A DNA stretch of 64,000 bases from the IMG/VR virus record IMGVR_UViG_3300021962_000021, positions 174,220-238,219 of that record; one strand, given 5' to 3'. Of the stretch, positions 1-10,700 are shown in pieces. A program made the position numbers and the translations under genes. How positions within the stretch are numbered: position 1 is the first letter of the stretch; every line of letters begins with the position of its first letter. Below the pieces are notes generated by a model. That model was not told where the DNA came from, ran no database searches, and saw only the letters and a list, made by a program, of their open reading frames with translations.

Positions 1-584
1 ATCCAAATATTGAAGATGTAGTTAGATATGTTATTACAAACTACATTCATAAAATTGATAAATTAATAATTACAACCAACGGAACAATTTTACCAAAAGA
101 TAGCATGCTTAATTTATTAAAAGTAAATGATGTTATTTTGAGTGTAAGTGATTATACCGATAAGCTGGAAAATATAAAAAAGAAAGTCACAAAGGTATTA
201 GAAAAATATAAAGAAGTTGGAATCAATCATTATGTTAGAAATGAAATTGAATGGTATGATTTCGGAGATTTAAGAATAAAGGGTGGTAGAACAACGGAAC
301 AATTGATAAATCATTTTGATTCATGTACAGCACCATTTAGAGGATTAAATGATGGTAAGTTTTACTATTGTCACCTAAACACATCGGCAGTTAGAACAAA
401 CTTATTTCCATTAAACGATAATGATTATGTTGATATAAAAATAATTTCAAACGAAGAACTATTAAAGTTTGATTTGGGTTATACTGACTTAGGATATATT
501 ACATTTTGTGATAATTGCAATGGTTGCAACACCGGAATTAAAATACCTGTAAGTTACGAAAAGCAAGGAGTTAGAGATTTATGA
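1..584 (+). CDS. Radical SAM-family protein, 5'-truncated by window edge
   Basis: Frame is open from position 3 (PNIEDVVRYV...IITTNGTILP) into the 105..584 ORF; TTNGT motif typical of radical SAM cores; C-terminal Cys cluster (C..YYC..CDNCNGC) is SPASM/twitch-like. Confidence 0.65.
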   Translation, partial: PNIEDVVRYVITNYIHKIDKLIITTNGTILPKDSMLNLLKVNDVILSVSDYTDKLENIKKKVTKVLEKYKEVGINHYVRNEIEWYDFGDLRIKGGRTTEQLINHFDSCTAPFRGLNDGKFYYCHLNTSAVRTNLFPLNDNDYVDIKIISNEELLKFDLGYTDLGYITFCDNCNGCNTGIKIPVSYEKQGVRDL

Positions 585-1021
585 AAGTAATAATTGATAT
601 AGATAATACACTTTGTATTAGTAATGAAAGATTTAGATTAGCAACAAAACCTGATGGAAAAATAGATTGGGATATTGCACATAGAATAGACCTTATAGAA
701 AAAGATAAACCAAACTGGCCAATGATTGATTTGGCAAAAAAATATAAGAAAGATGGATTCGAAGTTATTGTTTTAACAGGAAGACCAGAATCGGTTGAAA
801 AGGTTACGGAAGAGTGGTTGGAAAAATATGGTGTAGAATATGACCAATTGATTATGAGAAATCGCAGTTCACATTTTTTAAAAGCTCCTGTTTATAAAGA
901 GAAAGCATATAAAACTCTAATAAAATCAGATGTATTTTGTGCATATGATGATGAGGAAGAAATAATACAAATGTGGAATAGTTTGGGAATACCGGCATTT
1001 AAAGTTTATGGAATTGATTGA
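581..1021 (+). CDS. HAD-superfamily phosphatase resembling the phosphatase domain of T4 PseT polynucleotide kinase
   Basis: DIDNT motif I, LTGR motif II, LIMR, K motif III, YDD motif IV. Confidence 0.8.
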   Translation: MKVIIDIDNTLCISNERFRLATKPDGKIDWDIAHRIDLIEKDKPNWPMIDLAKKYKKDGFEVIVLTGRPESVEKVTEEWLEKYGVEYDQLIMRNRSSHFLKAPVYKEKAYKTLIKSDVFCAYDDEEEIIQMWNSLGIPAFKVYGID

Positions 1022-1991
1022 TAAACATATAAAATTATTGTTACAACACAGAGATTTACAAAACCCAAACTCTTTTGAAGATTTGGGTTATAATTTTTTT
1101 GGACCAATCGTTTTTAATTTTTTTGATTGGTTGCGAAAAGAATTAGATGGTTGTGATTTGGTTTTATTTAATTCCAGAGAAGGATATTTTTTTATAAAAA
1201 TATATGAATTGTTTAAAGAAAAGTATAATTTACCAAAATACGAATATTTTAAAACATCAAGAAAATTATCAACTATTGCATCTTTAAAAACGGAACAAGA
1301 TATATACGATACATTTAAACTACACCGATATTCTGGCAATTTAAATGGTTTATTGAAGAATAGATTTGGAATAGATATTGAGGATAATTTTGATATTGAT
1401 ACATCTAAAGAAATTCCAAATTTAAGTAAATATGTTAATGATATTTTGAACAACGCGAAAAGAGTTAGAAGTGAGTATGGAAAGTATGTAAAGGATGTTA
1501 TAGGTAATTCTAAAAATGTAATTATGGTTGATAGTGGATTTCAGGGAACAACACAATACAATATTCAAAACACATTTGCAGTAGAGCTTAAAGGTAGATA
1601 TATAACATACAAAGGAAATTTACCATTAAAAGATACAAAAGGTTTTTGTGAATTTTATAAAGCGAATTTTAAAGATAACATAATATTTTTTGAAAGCGTT
1701 TTTACTGATAAAATTGGCACATATATTGATATTACTGATAATAAATTTGTAAATGAAAATATCGAAGTTTTATTTTTTGATGAAAAAGAAAAAATTGTAA
1801 ATGGAGTATTACAATTTATAAAAGATGTATTTGATTTACAAATGGATTACGAAATATCTTATGAATACCCTGATTATATTTTTGATTTAATGTGTAAGAC
1901 TGGTTATATAAAAAATGATATATTATTTGATATTTTTTTGCACGATAATTATTATGTAAGAGATAGTATTAAAAAAGTTAATAGAATATAA
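1008..1991 (+). CDS. Polysaccharide-locus protein resembling the C-terminal region of HAD-like hydrolases
   Basis: FGP...SREGY, SR and VDSGFQGTTQ motifs as in capsule/LPS-locus HAD-like proteins; glycan gene context. Confidence 0.5.
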   Translation: MELIDKHIKLLLQHRDLQNPNSFEDLGYNFFGPIVFNFFDWLRKELDGCDLVLFNSREGYFFIKIYELFKEKYNLPKYEYFKTSRKLSTIASLKTEQDIYDTFKLHRYSGNLNGLLKNRFGIDIEDNFDIDTSKEIPNLSKYVNDILNNAKRVRSEYGKYVKDVIGNSKNVIMVDSGFQGTTQYNIQNTFAVELKGRYITYKGNLPLKDTKGFCEFYKANFKDNIIFFESVFTDKIGTYIDITDNKFVNENIEVLFFDEKEKIVNGVLQFIKDVFDLQMDYEISYEYPDYIFDLMCKTGYIKNDILFDIFLHDNYYVRDSIKKVNRI

Positions 1992-1992
1992 T

Positions 1993-3420
1993 ATGGAACA
2001 TATGCATGGTTCTAAATTTAAATTAGTTTATACCGATTGGTATATACAGAGTGGTGAAAGAAAACCATTTGGTAATGGAATTCATCCTGCAATAAGACAA
2101 TTTATTCAATATGTTCATAGAAATAATTTGAATATAGATTATTATAGAATGTTACAATATGAACAAGAACAAAAAGGAATTCCATTTGACCATTCGGAAT
2201 TATTAAATTATTTTGCAAGAAATTTTGAAAATAATATTATCAACATTACACAGATAGAAGATGATGAATATACATACATTTATCCTTTAGAAATAAAAGC
2301 GACATTAAGTTATCTAACCGCAGAGAATAAATTTTTTTTAAATGATGTAAATTATGTTTGGAAACTAAAAGATATTATTCCAACGGAAATGATTGAATAT
2401 TTTAAATCGGGAAAAGTAAAAATTTTAGTAAACATAATACACGACCCATTATATGATGATTACAATATAAGGGAGTTTGAATTAGAAATGAACAAATTGG
2501 GTATAAATGGGTCTAATATTATTGTGTTAGGTGGTAGCGAATTTACAGAATATTATCAAAAACATCCACATAGTAAAGTAAAAATTTATAATGGCCATTT
2601 ATTTATAAAGGGATATGCGGATATGATGAAAAAATTTCCAGAAAAGGGAGATTTAGGATATATTTGTGATTTGGCAAGAATAGAAGATTTATCTGAAAAT
2701 GCGATAAGACCTTACAAATTTTTGTGTAATAATAAAACAATGTCTAAACCACATAGAGTTGCAATGGCCTATTTTTCAATAAAATATGATTTACTATCGG
2801 AAGGGTTATTTTCTTTTATACAAAAATTATCAAAGGATGAATTATTGAGAAATGTTACATCTTTAATAGATAATCCAAATAAAGAATATATTGATACGAT
2901 AGAATCAATGATACCATATGAATTGGATACACAAAATTTGGAAGAAAGACAAAAAGCACATTTCGGAGCAAAAAACAATATGAAAGAATGGTATACGGAT
3001 ACATATATAAATTTAGTTACCGAAACTTTTTTTGGTAGAAATGTATTCTTATCGGAAAAAATATTTAAACCATTATCTAATTTACAACCATTTATTGTAT
3101 TAGGTGATTATGGAACATTGGCAGAATTAAAAAGATTAGGATTCAAAACATTTGAACCATTTATTGATGAGAGTTATGATTTAGAAATTGAAAGAAAAAA
3201 GAGAATTAAAAAAATTGAAATTGAAATTGAAAAATTAAAAAATAAATCAATAGAAGAAATACACAATTGGTATTATTCTATAAAAGAAATACTTATACAT
3301 AATCAGAATCATTTGTATACATTTGATAAATACGAATGTTTTGAAGAAATATTTCAAAAAATAAAATTAGATTACGAAAAAGAAAAGTTATGGAATTCTC
3401 AGGAAAAAAAGTTATTGTAA
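1993..3420 (+). CDS. Putative glycosyltransferase-like phage protein
   Basis: C-terminal INLVTET...FLSEKIFKPL...QPFIVLG...LGFKTF...DESYD block; SEK motif is reminiscent of GT10. Confidence 0.5.
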   Translation: MEHMHGSKFKLVYTDWYIQSGERKPFGNGIHPAIRQFIQYVHRNNLNIDYYRMLQYEQEQKGIPFDHSELLNYFARNFENNIINITQIEDDEYTYIYPLEIKATLSYLTAENKFFLNDVNYVWKLKDIIPTEMIEYFKSGKVKILVNIIHDPLYDDYNIREFELEMNKLGINGSNIIVLGGSEFTEYYQKHPHSKVKIYNGHLFIKGYADMMKKFPEKGDLGYICDLARIEDLSENAIRPYKFLCNNKTMSKPHRVAMAYFSIKYDLLSEGLFSFIQKLSKDELLRNVTSLIDNPNKEYIDTIESMIPYELDTQNLEERQKAHFGAKNNMKEWYTDTYINLVTETFFGRNVFLSEKIFKPLSNLQPFIVLGDYGTLAELKRLGFKTFEPFIDESYDLEIERKKRIKKIEIEIEKLKNKSIEEIHNWYYSIKEILIHNQNHLYTFDKYECFEEIFQKIKLDYEKEKLWNSQEKKLL

Positions 3421-4388
3421 CCGGAGCAAACGGATTGGTCGGATTACCAGCAGTTAAAAAATGTTTAGAAGAAGGTGCTGCAAAAGTATACGCAGTTGAC
3501 CTTAGATTTAGTGAAAATTTAAACTTTCTAAAAGGACAGCATCCTGATAGATTGGTATTAATTAAAACGGATTTAACTTATCTTTCTCATTGTGAAGATT
3601 TATTCACTATGGATAAGATTGATATTGTATTACATATCGCGGGTGTAAAAGGTTCACCGGCTCGTTCATCAACGCAACCAGCAGATTACCTATTCCCAAT
3701 GTTGATGTTCAATACTAATATGATTAAAGCATCATTTGATGCAAAGGTAGATTGGTTTGTATATCTTTCATCGGTTGGTGTATATAAGCCGGCAGAAGTA
3801 ATGAATGAAGAAGATACTTGGAATCAGGAAGAAACTTGGGCATCAACTCCATCTCGTTTAGATTGGCATCCAGGTTGGACAAAAAGAATGGGTGAATTAA
3901 CATTGGATTCTTTAAGAGTTCAATATGGTTGGAAAAATTGGACAGTAATTAGACCTTCAAACATATATGGTATTAATGATAACTTTGCACAAGATGCAAC
4001 GGTGATTAGTTCTAATATTTGGAAATTATTTAATGTAGAGGGTGAGGAAATGGTATGTTGGGGTAATGGTTCTTCTCGTAGAGATTTCGTATTTGGTGAT
4101 GATGTTGCACAAGCTACAATTGATGTAGTTAAAAAGGAAGTTAGTGATATTATCAACTTTGGATGTGCAGAAGCAGTAACTATTAAAGAAACAATTGAAA
4201 CTATTGTAGAATGTTATAAAGAATTAACAGGAGAAACCAAAACTATTGTATGGGATGAAACCAAAACAAATGGTGACCCAATTAGATGTTTAGGTTCTAA
4301 AAAACAAAAACAATATAGTATTCTTCCACAAACATCATTAAAGGAAGGTATTATGAAATCTATTAAAGAATATAAGAGTAGATTATAA
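3390..4388 (+). CDS. NAD-dependent epimerase/dehydratase (GDP-L-fucose synthase/WcaG-like extended SDR)
   Basis: VTGANGLVG Rossmann motif, HIAG, LSSVGVY, RPSNIYG, WGNGSSRRDF. Confidence 0.9.
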   Translation: MEFSGKKVIVTGANGLVGLPAVKKCLEEGAAKVYAVDLRFSENLNFLKGQHPDRLVLIKTDLTYLSHCEDLFTMDKIDIVLHIAGVKGSPARSSTQPADYLFPMLMFNTNMIKASFDAKVDWFVYLSSVGVYKPAEVMNEEDTWNQEETWASTPSRLDWHPGWTKRMGELTLDSLRVQYGWKNWTVIRPSNIYGINDNFAQDATVISSNIWKLFNVEGEEMVCWGNGSSRRDFVFGDDVAQATIDVVKKEVSDIINFGCAEAVTIKETIETIVECYKELTGETKTIVWDETKTNGDPIRCLGSKKQKQYSILPQTSLKEGIMKSIKEYKSRL

Positions 4389-5071
4389 TGGAAATGTATG
4401 CATTTGGTTGCTCCTTTACGGATGGCGTTGGGTTGCAAAATAATAAAACAGAAGCATATCCCATATTATTGGGTAAAAAGTTGGGATTAAATGTTTATAA
4501 TATGGGGTCTGCGGGACAATCTAATGATTATATTTTTAGAAATGTTTTTGCACATTTAAAAACTCATATAAAAAAAGATGACATTATTTTAATTCAATGG
4601 ACACATTATATAAGAAAAGAAATTCCAATACAATATAATAATAGAAATTTATATTTAGTTGCACCCAATTGTTTCAATGCATTACAAACCGGAACAGCGG
4701 ATAGTTTATCAAAAAATTGTGTAGGCCAGTATGTTAATCAAAATTTAGAAAGTGATAATGAAGAAATAAAAAAAGAGTATAAGGATTTTTATAATGAATA
4801 TATTCTTAAAGCATTGCATGAGGAATATCAAATAACAACAACTGAAAATTATATAAATTCTTTATACACATATCTTGAACATAATGGATATAAACACATT
4901 CATTTTTTTGGTTGGGATTCTTGTAAAGAACCTTTTAATTTTTATTTTAATAAAATATTAGAAGATACTTTTGGTGGATACACAAATACAAAAAATAATG
5001 ACCATCCTGATAAAATTGGACATGAGAATTGGGCAAATTATTTAGAAGATAAAATAAAAAAAATGTTATGA
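4388..5071 (+). CDS. SGNH/GDSL-like hydrolase or acyltransferase
   Basis: FGCSFTDG block I, NMGSAGQSN block II, C-terminal DHPDKIGH. Confidence 0.7.
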   Translation: MEMYAFGCSFTDGVGLQNNKTEAYPILLGKKLGLNVYNMGSAGQSNDYIFRNVFAHLKTHIKKDDIILIQWTHYIRKEIPIQYNNRNLYLVAPNCFNALQTGTADSLSKNCVGQYVNQNLESDNEEIKKEYKDFYNEYILKALHEEYQITTTENYINSLYTYLEHNGYKHIHFFGWDSCKEPFNFYFNKILEDTFGGYTNTKNNDHPDKIGHENWANYLEDKIKKML

Positions 5072-6105
5072 AACATATAGTAGTATCGGGTTGTTCATTT
5101 ACAAATAATTTTAGAATTAATATAGGAGATGAAAGGAGATGGGAAAATGACCCAATAGAAGATTGGACATGGGCAAATTGGTTACAATATAATTTACAAA
5201 AGACTCATGTTTTACACAACTATGGTGCACTAACACATGATAATAAAAGTATTGTTCGTTCTATAATTTATAAAGTTACGGATTTATTAAAAGAAGGAAT
5301 TAATCCGGAAGATATATCAGTAATTGCACAATGGACAACATTGACAAGAAATTCTTTTTTTATTACTCCCGAAAAATACGATAGTGTAAATCCTGCATTA
5401 AGATATCAAAAGTATAATGAAAGTTGGGCTCACACCACAGATTATCTGATAAACGGTAAAGATAAAGTATCACCGTATCAGCAGGGGTATTTTCACCTAA
5501 CAGGTGGATTTAATCCTACAAATAATCCAATTAATATAGACCCGGTTACATTTGAATGGTTAGATAAAGTAATGACATATAACGAAAGATATTTTGAATG
5601 GTTTGAATATATGAACATGCTTTTAGATTTTCTTCACAATAAAGGAATTACAAAAATTAAGTTTTTTTGTATGAATAATAATTTTAGTAAAAAATATTTA
5701 GGTGAAGGAAGAACACCACCATATTATCATACACCAAAGGAAAAATCCGTATACGAATGTATTATAGAAAATAAAGATATTTGTAATACTTGGGAACAAA
5801 AAGAATTACAATTTGAAAATGCATATGTAAAATCATATGCCGATAAAATAGATTTCAAAAAATATTTTTGGTTTTTTGAAGAAAATTCCTTACATTTGTT
5901 TGGTGGTCTAATTGAATGGTCAATTAGAAATTTTGATTACAATATGGATAGTGATTTACCAAAAGTATTGTGGAGAGAAATGAATGGAATGGATTTAGAC
6001 GAACAAAAAAAATATTTAGAAAGAAGTTGGTATGGGCACACATCATCTATACTAACTAAAAAATTTGTTAATGATGTGGTATTAAATTGGGATATTTTAA
6101 AATAA
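5068..6105 (+). CDS. Divergent SGNH-like protein
   Basis: SGCSFT N-terminal motif, QWT..R, C-terminal GH; paralogous architecture to the upstream gene. Confidence 0.5.
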   Translation: MKHIVVSGCSFTNNFRINIGDERRWENDPIEDWTWANWLQYNLQKTHVLHNYGALTHDNKSIVRSIIYKVTDLLKEGINPEDISVIAQWTTLTRNSFFITPEKYDSVNPALRYQKYNESWAHTTDYLINGKDKVSPYQQGYFHLTGGFNPTNNPINIDPVTFEWLDKVMTYNERYFEWFEYMNMLLDFLHNKGITKIKFFCMNNNFSKKYLGEGRTPPYYHTPKEKSVYECIIENKDICNTWEQKELQFENAYVKSYADKIDFKKYFWFFEENSLHLFGGLIEWSIRNFDYNMDSDLPKVLWREMNGMDLDEQKKYLERSWYGHTSSILTKKFVNDVVLNWDILK

Positions 6106-6109
6106 ATTT

Positions 6110-7102
6110 ATGAATAAAACGGACAAGATTTTAGTTACAGGAGCAAGTGGTTTTATCGGCTCACACCTATTGAGATTATTATGGGAAAAAGGATATAGAA
6201 ACCTAAGAGCAACATCTTATAGTAGAGATTTAAAAAACGATTTCGAAGGAACATCGGAAGTTGAATTTTACAAAGGAAATTTACAAGATGCGGATTTTTG
6301 TAAAGAAGTTTCTAAAGATGTAAATGTAGTATTCCACTGCGCAGCAAACACATCAAACGCATTGGATACGAAAGAAAATCCACTATTACATGTTACTCCA
6401 AATGTGGAAATGAATGTAAATTTAATGGAACAAAGTTGGAGAAATAGTGTAAGTAAATTCTTATTCATTTCATCTAATACTTCTTATCCTGATATGGGTA
6501 GTGATTGGTGCACAGAAGATATAAATGTTCATGCAACACCTACATTTCCAATTTATGGAGCAGTTGGTAATATGAAAAGATATGGTGAATTACTTTGTCA
6601 TTTCTTCTCAAATCAAATTCATAACCCAATGCAATGTTTGATTGTTAGACCTTCAAATGCATTCGGACCAAACGACAAATTTGATTATGAAAAATGTCAT
6701 GTTACTCCTGCAAACATCAGAAAAGTAGCAGATGGCTTAAATCCAATTCCAGTGTGGGGTGATGGAACGGAAGTTAGAGATTTGTTGCATGTAGAAGATA
6801 TGGCAGATGGTTTTATCTTTGTTGCAGAAAATAATGACAAGTATGATATATTTAATGTTTGTTATGGAGAAGGATTTAGTGTAAACGAAGTATTAAGTTG
6901 GATTAAAGAAGCAGATAACAACAATAATCCAGTTGAATATGTGAATAACAAAGCACCTATGATTCCGGTTAGATTAATGTCATCTAAGAAAATAAACGCT
7001 GCAGGTTGGAAACCTAAGAGAGATTTAAAAACTGCTTTAAAAGAAACTATCGAATGGTATAAAGCAAATAAACATTTGTATAATCCAAATTCAAAACCAT
7101 AA
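6110..7102 (+). CDS. NAD-dependent epimerase/dehydratase (GDP-L-fucose synthase-like SDR)
   Basis: VTGASGFIGSHL, HCAA, FISS, RPSNAFGP, VWGDGTEVRDLLHVED. Confidence 0.9.
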   Translation: MNKTDKILVTGASGFIGSHLLRLLWEKGYRNLRATSYSRDLKNDFEGTSEVEFYKGNLQDADFCKEVSKDVNVVFHCAANTSNALDTKENPLLHVTPNVEMNVNLMEQSWRNSVSKFLFISSNTSYPDMGSDWCTEDINVHATPTFPIYGAVGNMKRYGELLCHFFSNQIHNPMQCLIVRPSNAFGPNDKFDYEKCHVTPANIRKVADGLNPIPVWGDGTEVRDLLHVEDMADGFIFVAENNDKYDIFNVCYGEGFSVNEVLSWIKEADNNNNPVEYVNNKAPMIPVRLMSSKKINAAGWKPKRDLKTALKETIEWYKANKHLYNPNSKP

Positions 7103-7644
7103 TGAGTAAGCCAGAATTTTCACCATATAAGGATGAATTGACAAAAGCAATGAATTTTCTTTCTGAAAAAGAGGATACGGTTTTCATTGGACAGCAAATA
7201 GTTTATGCCGGAAATCCAATGTCAACTACATTGAATGATGTTCCAAAGGAAAAAATGATTGAAGTTCCTGTTATGGAAGAAACACAAATGGGAATGAGTT
7301 TAGGACTTGCAATAACAGGTAAAACGGTAATATCATTTTATCCAAGATGGGATTTTTTAGTTTCCGCAGCAAATCAGTTAATTAATCATGCTGATAAATT
7401 TGAACATATGACCGGTAAAAAGGTCAATGTTATTGTTAGAGTCGGTGTTGGTAGTAAAGACCCATTGGATCCAGGTATTCAGCATAGAAACGATTATACC
7501 GATGAATTCCAATCAATTCTTCAATTTACAAAAGTTCATAAATTAAAAAAAATAGAAGATATTTATAAAATATATACTGAAGCATATGAGCAAGGTGGTA
7601 TTCATATAATAGTGGAATGGCCTGAATTATATTATAAAAACTAA
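7102..7644 (+). CDS. TPP-dependent enzyme beta subunit (transketolase/E1-beta pyrimidine-binding domain only)
   Basis: FIGQ, EVPVMEETQMGMSLGLA, AANQLIN, PGIQH motifs; 180 aa, no C-terminal domain. Confidence 0.8.
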   Translation: MSKPEFSPYKDELTKAMNFLSEKEDTVFIGQQIVYAGNPMSTTLNDVPKEKMIEVPVMEETQMGMSLGLAITGKTVISFYPRWDFLVSAANQLINHADKFEHMTGKKVNVIVRVGVGSKDPLDPGIQHRNDYTDEFQSILQFTKVHKLKKIEDIYKIYTEAYEQGGIHIIVEWPELYYKN

Positions 7645-7647
7645 ATT

Positions 7648-7776
7648 ATGTTTAAAAAATTACCTATCATCTCATTTTTCATTAAAAAATATGAAAATTA
7701 TAAGATGAAAAAGAAAATTCAGAAAAAATTAGAGGAACTCAAAAAGAGAGACCCATTCGTTTATAAGAATTTCTAA
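7648..7776 (+). CDS. Small basic hypothetical protein (42 aa), not in ORF track
   Basis: ATG at 7648, MFKKLPIISFFIKKYENYKMKKKIQKKLEELKKRDPFVYKNF, TAA at 7774-7776; fills the gap between neighbouring genes. Confidence 0.55.
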   Translation: MFKKLPIISFFIKKYENYKMKKKIQKKLEELKKRDPFVYKNF

Positions 7777-7786
7777 TATTTTAGGA

Positions 7787-7794
7787 TATTTATA
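7787..7794 (+). promoter_or_regulatory. Putative late promoter motif TATTTATA
   Basis: Exact motif 3 nt before the ATG at 7798; recurs before many structural genes. Confidence 0.55.
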
Positions 7795-7797
7795 TGT

Positions 7798-10700
7798 ATG
7801 AATTTAATAAACGAAGTAGATAAACCGGAAATTAAGAAAACTGTTGTAATATTTTCAGGCAGATTTCAACCCTTTCATAGAGGACATTATGCAACATATG
7901 AGCACTTAGTGTCAAAATTTGGTGCTGCAAATGTTTACATAGGAACATCAAATGACCAATCTGGTCCAAAATCTCCGTTTGGATTTAAAGAAAAAAAGGA
8001 AATTGCAACAAAGATGTTTGGTATTCCTTCAAATAGATTTATACAAATTCGTAATCCATATCAACCGATTGAAATACTTAAAAAATTCGATGGACAAACT
8101 ACGCAATATATTGCAGCAGTAGGAGAGAAAGATGCAACAAGATTGCAAGGTAAATACTTTAAACCATATAAAGGCAAAGCTGGATATGGTTATGATGAAA
8201 TTGGTTATGTTTATCCGGTACCAGCAGAACAAAATCCAATAAGCGGAACGGATGTTAGAAATGCATTAGGTAGTGGGAATGATGAAAAAGCTAAAAAGTT
8301 TTTTCTAAAAGCATATCCAAAATTTGATAAAGAAATATATAAAATGATAACAGGAAAGTTAAATGAGAATTTTATAAAAGGTTATCCATCAAAAGAAGAT
8401 GTTAAAAAAATCCAAAAGAAAAATGATGATATTCGTTCAGTAGCAACTACGGATGATTCATATGTATATGACCCAATTGCAGAATTAATTGGTAGAGTGG
8501 CAGCAGAAGAGATGTTTAATGAATTTATTTTAGAATATTTGGATGAAGCACCTAATAAAGCATTAGACCAAGACATCACTTATACAAATAGTAAAGGCCA
8601 GCAAAAGAAAATTAAAGCCAGGGATGCATTAAGATTACCAAAAGACCATCCAGCTCACGTACAAGCAGCTAAAATAGCAGGACCGGATGATGCACCTGTG
8701 AATGAACCAAAAGCAAAAAAAGAACCAGGAAAAGCAGCTCAAAAAGCAGCAGAACCATCTCAGCCTGGTCAACCAACCAAAAAAGACCAAACCCAACAAG
8801 GAAAAATAGATAAAGAAAAATCATCTACCAGTGCACAATCTGGAAAAGAACAAGGTCCACCACCTGAACAAAAATTAAGTGGAACTGAATTAAAATCTTC
8901 AGCAGAAACTACACCTAAAGACCAAAAAGCCGAAAAAGTAAAACAAGCATTGGATGGTGCAAGAAAAGAGTTATCAAAAGAAGATAACCAAACTATTGAT
9001 AAAGTAAACAACCCACAATCTCCGGAAAGAAAAGGAATGATGGGTAACATTAAAAATGGTTTAAAAAAGATTGGTGATGGATTAGGACATTGGGCAAAGC
9101 ATAAGGCAGAAATGGTCGGTGGAACGGTTGATGCAGTAAAAGCATTAGCAAATGGACAGAAAATTGGTTCTACTAAAAATAAAGAAACAGGCGAATGGGA
9201 ATACTCCGATGAAAAAAGAAAAGAACAGATAAAACATATAAAACACTTTGCATTGGATGCTGGATTGTTAATAGGTTCTATGGCATTGGGTGGAGCTGGA
9301 GTTGCAGGAGTAAAAGCAGTGATGGCAGGTAAAGGAGCGGCCGCAGCGGGTTCTGCAGCATTACACGGCGCCGCTGGTGCATTTACACATGGTGCCGTTG
9401 GATTTGGTGCACATTTGGGTAAAGATATTGCAAAACACGCCGCATTGGAAACATTAGGATTGGGAGGAGTTAGCGCAGCAGGTGGTGGAGCAGCGTTATC
9501 CATAGCAACGGGTGGGATATTGGAAATGATTAATGAAGAAATTGATGATAACAACAAATTTATATCAAACTTTATGAGAAAGGTTGTCGAAAAAATGGAA
9601 ACATATCAACTTTCCGATGAACAACTACTCAAATCTATTGAAAATTATAAGAAAAATAAACCAAAACAAGATGCAGCCGATTTGTTAAGAGAAAACCTTT
9701 CAGAAACAAAACAACAATCAATTCAACATTTTGTAGAGTTTGCAACTAAAAGATTAAAATTACAAGAAACACCAAAAGTTAATTTAGTAGGTGGTGGAGA
9801 ATTTGCAGAAATAAAAACCAGTTTAGGGGGATTTGACCCTGAAACAAAAGAAATATATGTTGCAACCGAAGGAAGATTAACGGCGGATATTTTAAGAACT
9901 CTTGCACATGAAATGGTTCACAGAAAGCAAGATGAAATGGGATTGGTTAGAAATCCTATGAAAGATGGTGCAGATGGTTCTCCAATAGAAAACCAGGCGC
10001 ATGCAGTTGCGGGTATTCTAATGAGGGAATATGGTAGAATTAACAAACAAATATATCAAGAAGGAAAAAACTCACCGGCATATAAAGGACCGGAAGGATA
10101 CGATGATAGTTGCGATTGTTATCCAAATGAAGATATTAACTTAGATGTTGATAAGGGTGATACTTTATTGATGGGAAAGTTTAAAAACAAAAAAGTTACA
10201 GTAAAAGATATTGGTGTAGATGACCACGGAATGCCAACAATCAATGGTAAGCAAGCAACTACATTTCGTAAAGTAGATGAAATGGGCAGTAAGGATATTC
10301 ATTTTAAAAATATTTTAGATAAACTAAAAAACGGAAACTATACAACAAGAAAGAAGATAGCAATGGCAATTGTCGGTAAGTATAATGCAAGTAGAGATAC
10401 CATTGTAAGAGCTTTGCGTAATATGGGATATGATGATATTACAAATGTTGAAAAGCAAGCCGGAATAGAATTAAATGAAAATTTATTATTAGAAGGTGGT
10501 GCATATGGACACATGTCGCATCCATTTGATGATATGGATTTAACATTTGGTGACCTTAAAAATATAATTACAGGAGCACTGAATGGTGATTTGGGTGTAG
10601 TAAGAGAGAAAACCGATGGACAAGCATTAGCTATCAGTTGGAAGAATGGTAGATTGATTGCAGCAAGAAACAAAGGACATTTAGCAAATGCTGGAGCAAA

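Noticed and set aside
7102-7644. Pyruvate dehydrogenase or transketolase auxiliary metabolic gene
   Set aside because: Single domain in a sugar-nucleotide locus with no E2/E3 partners in the window
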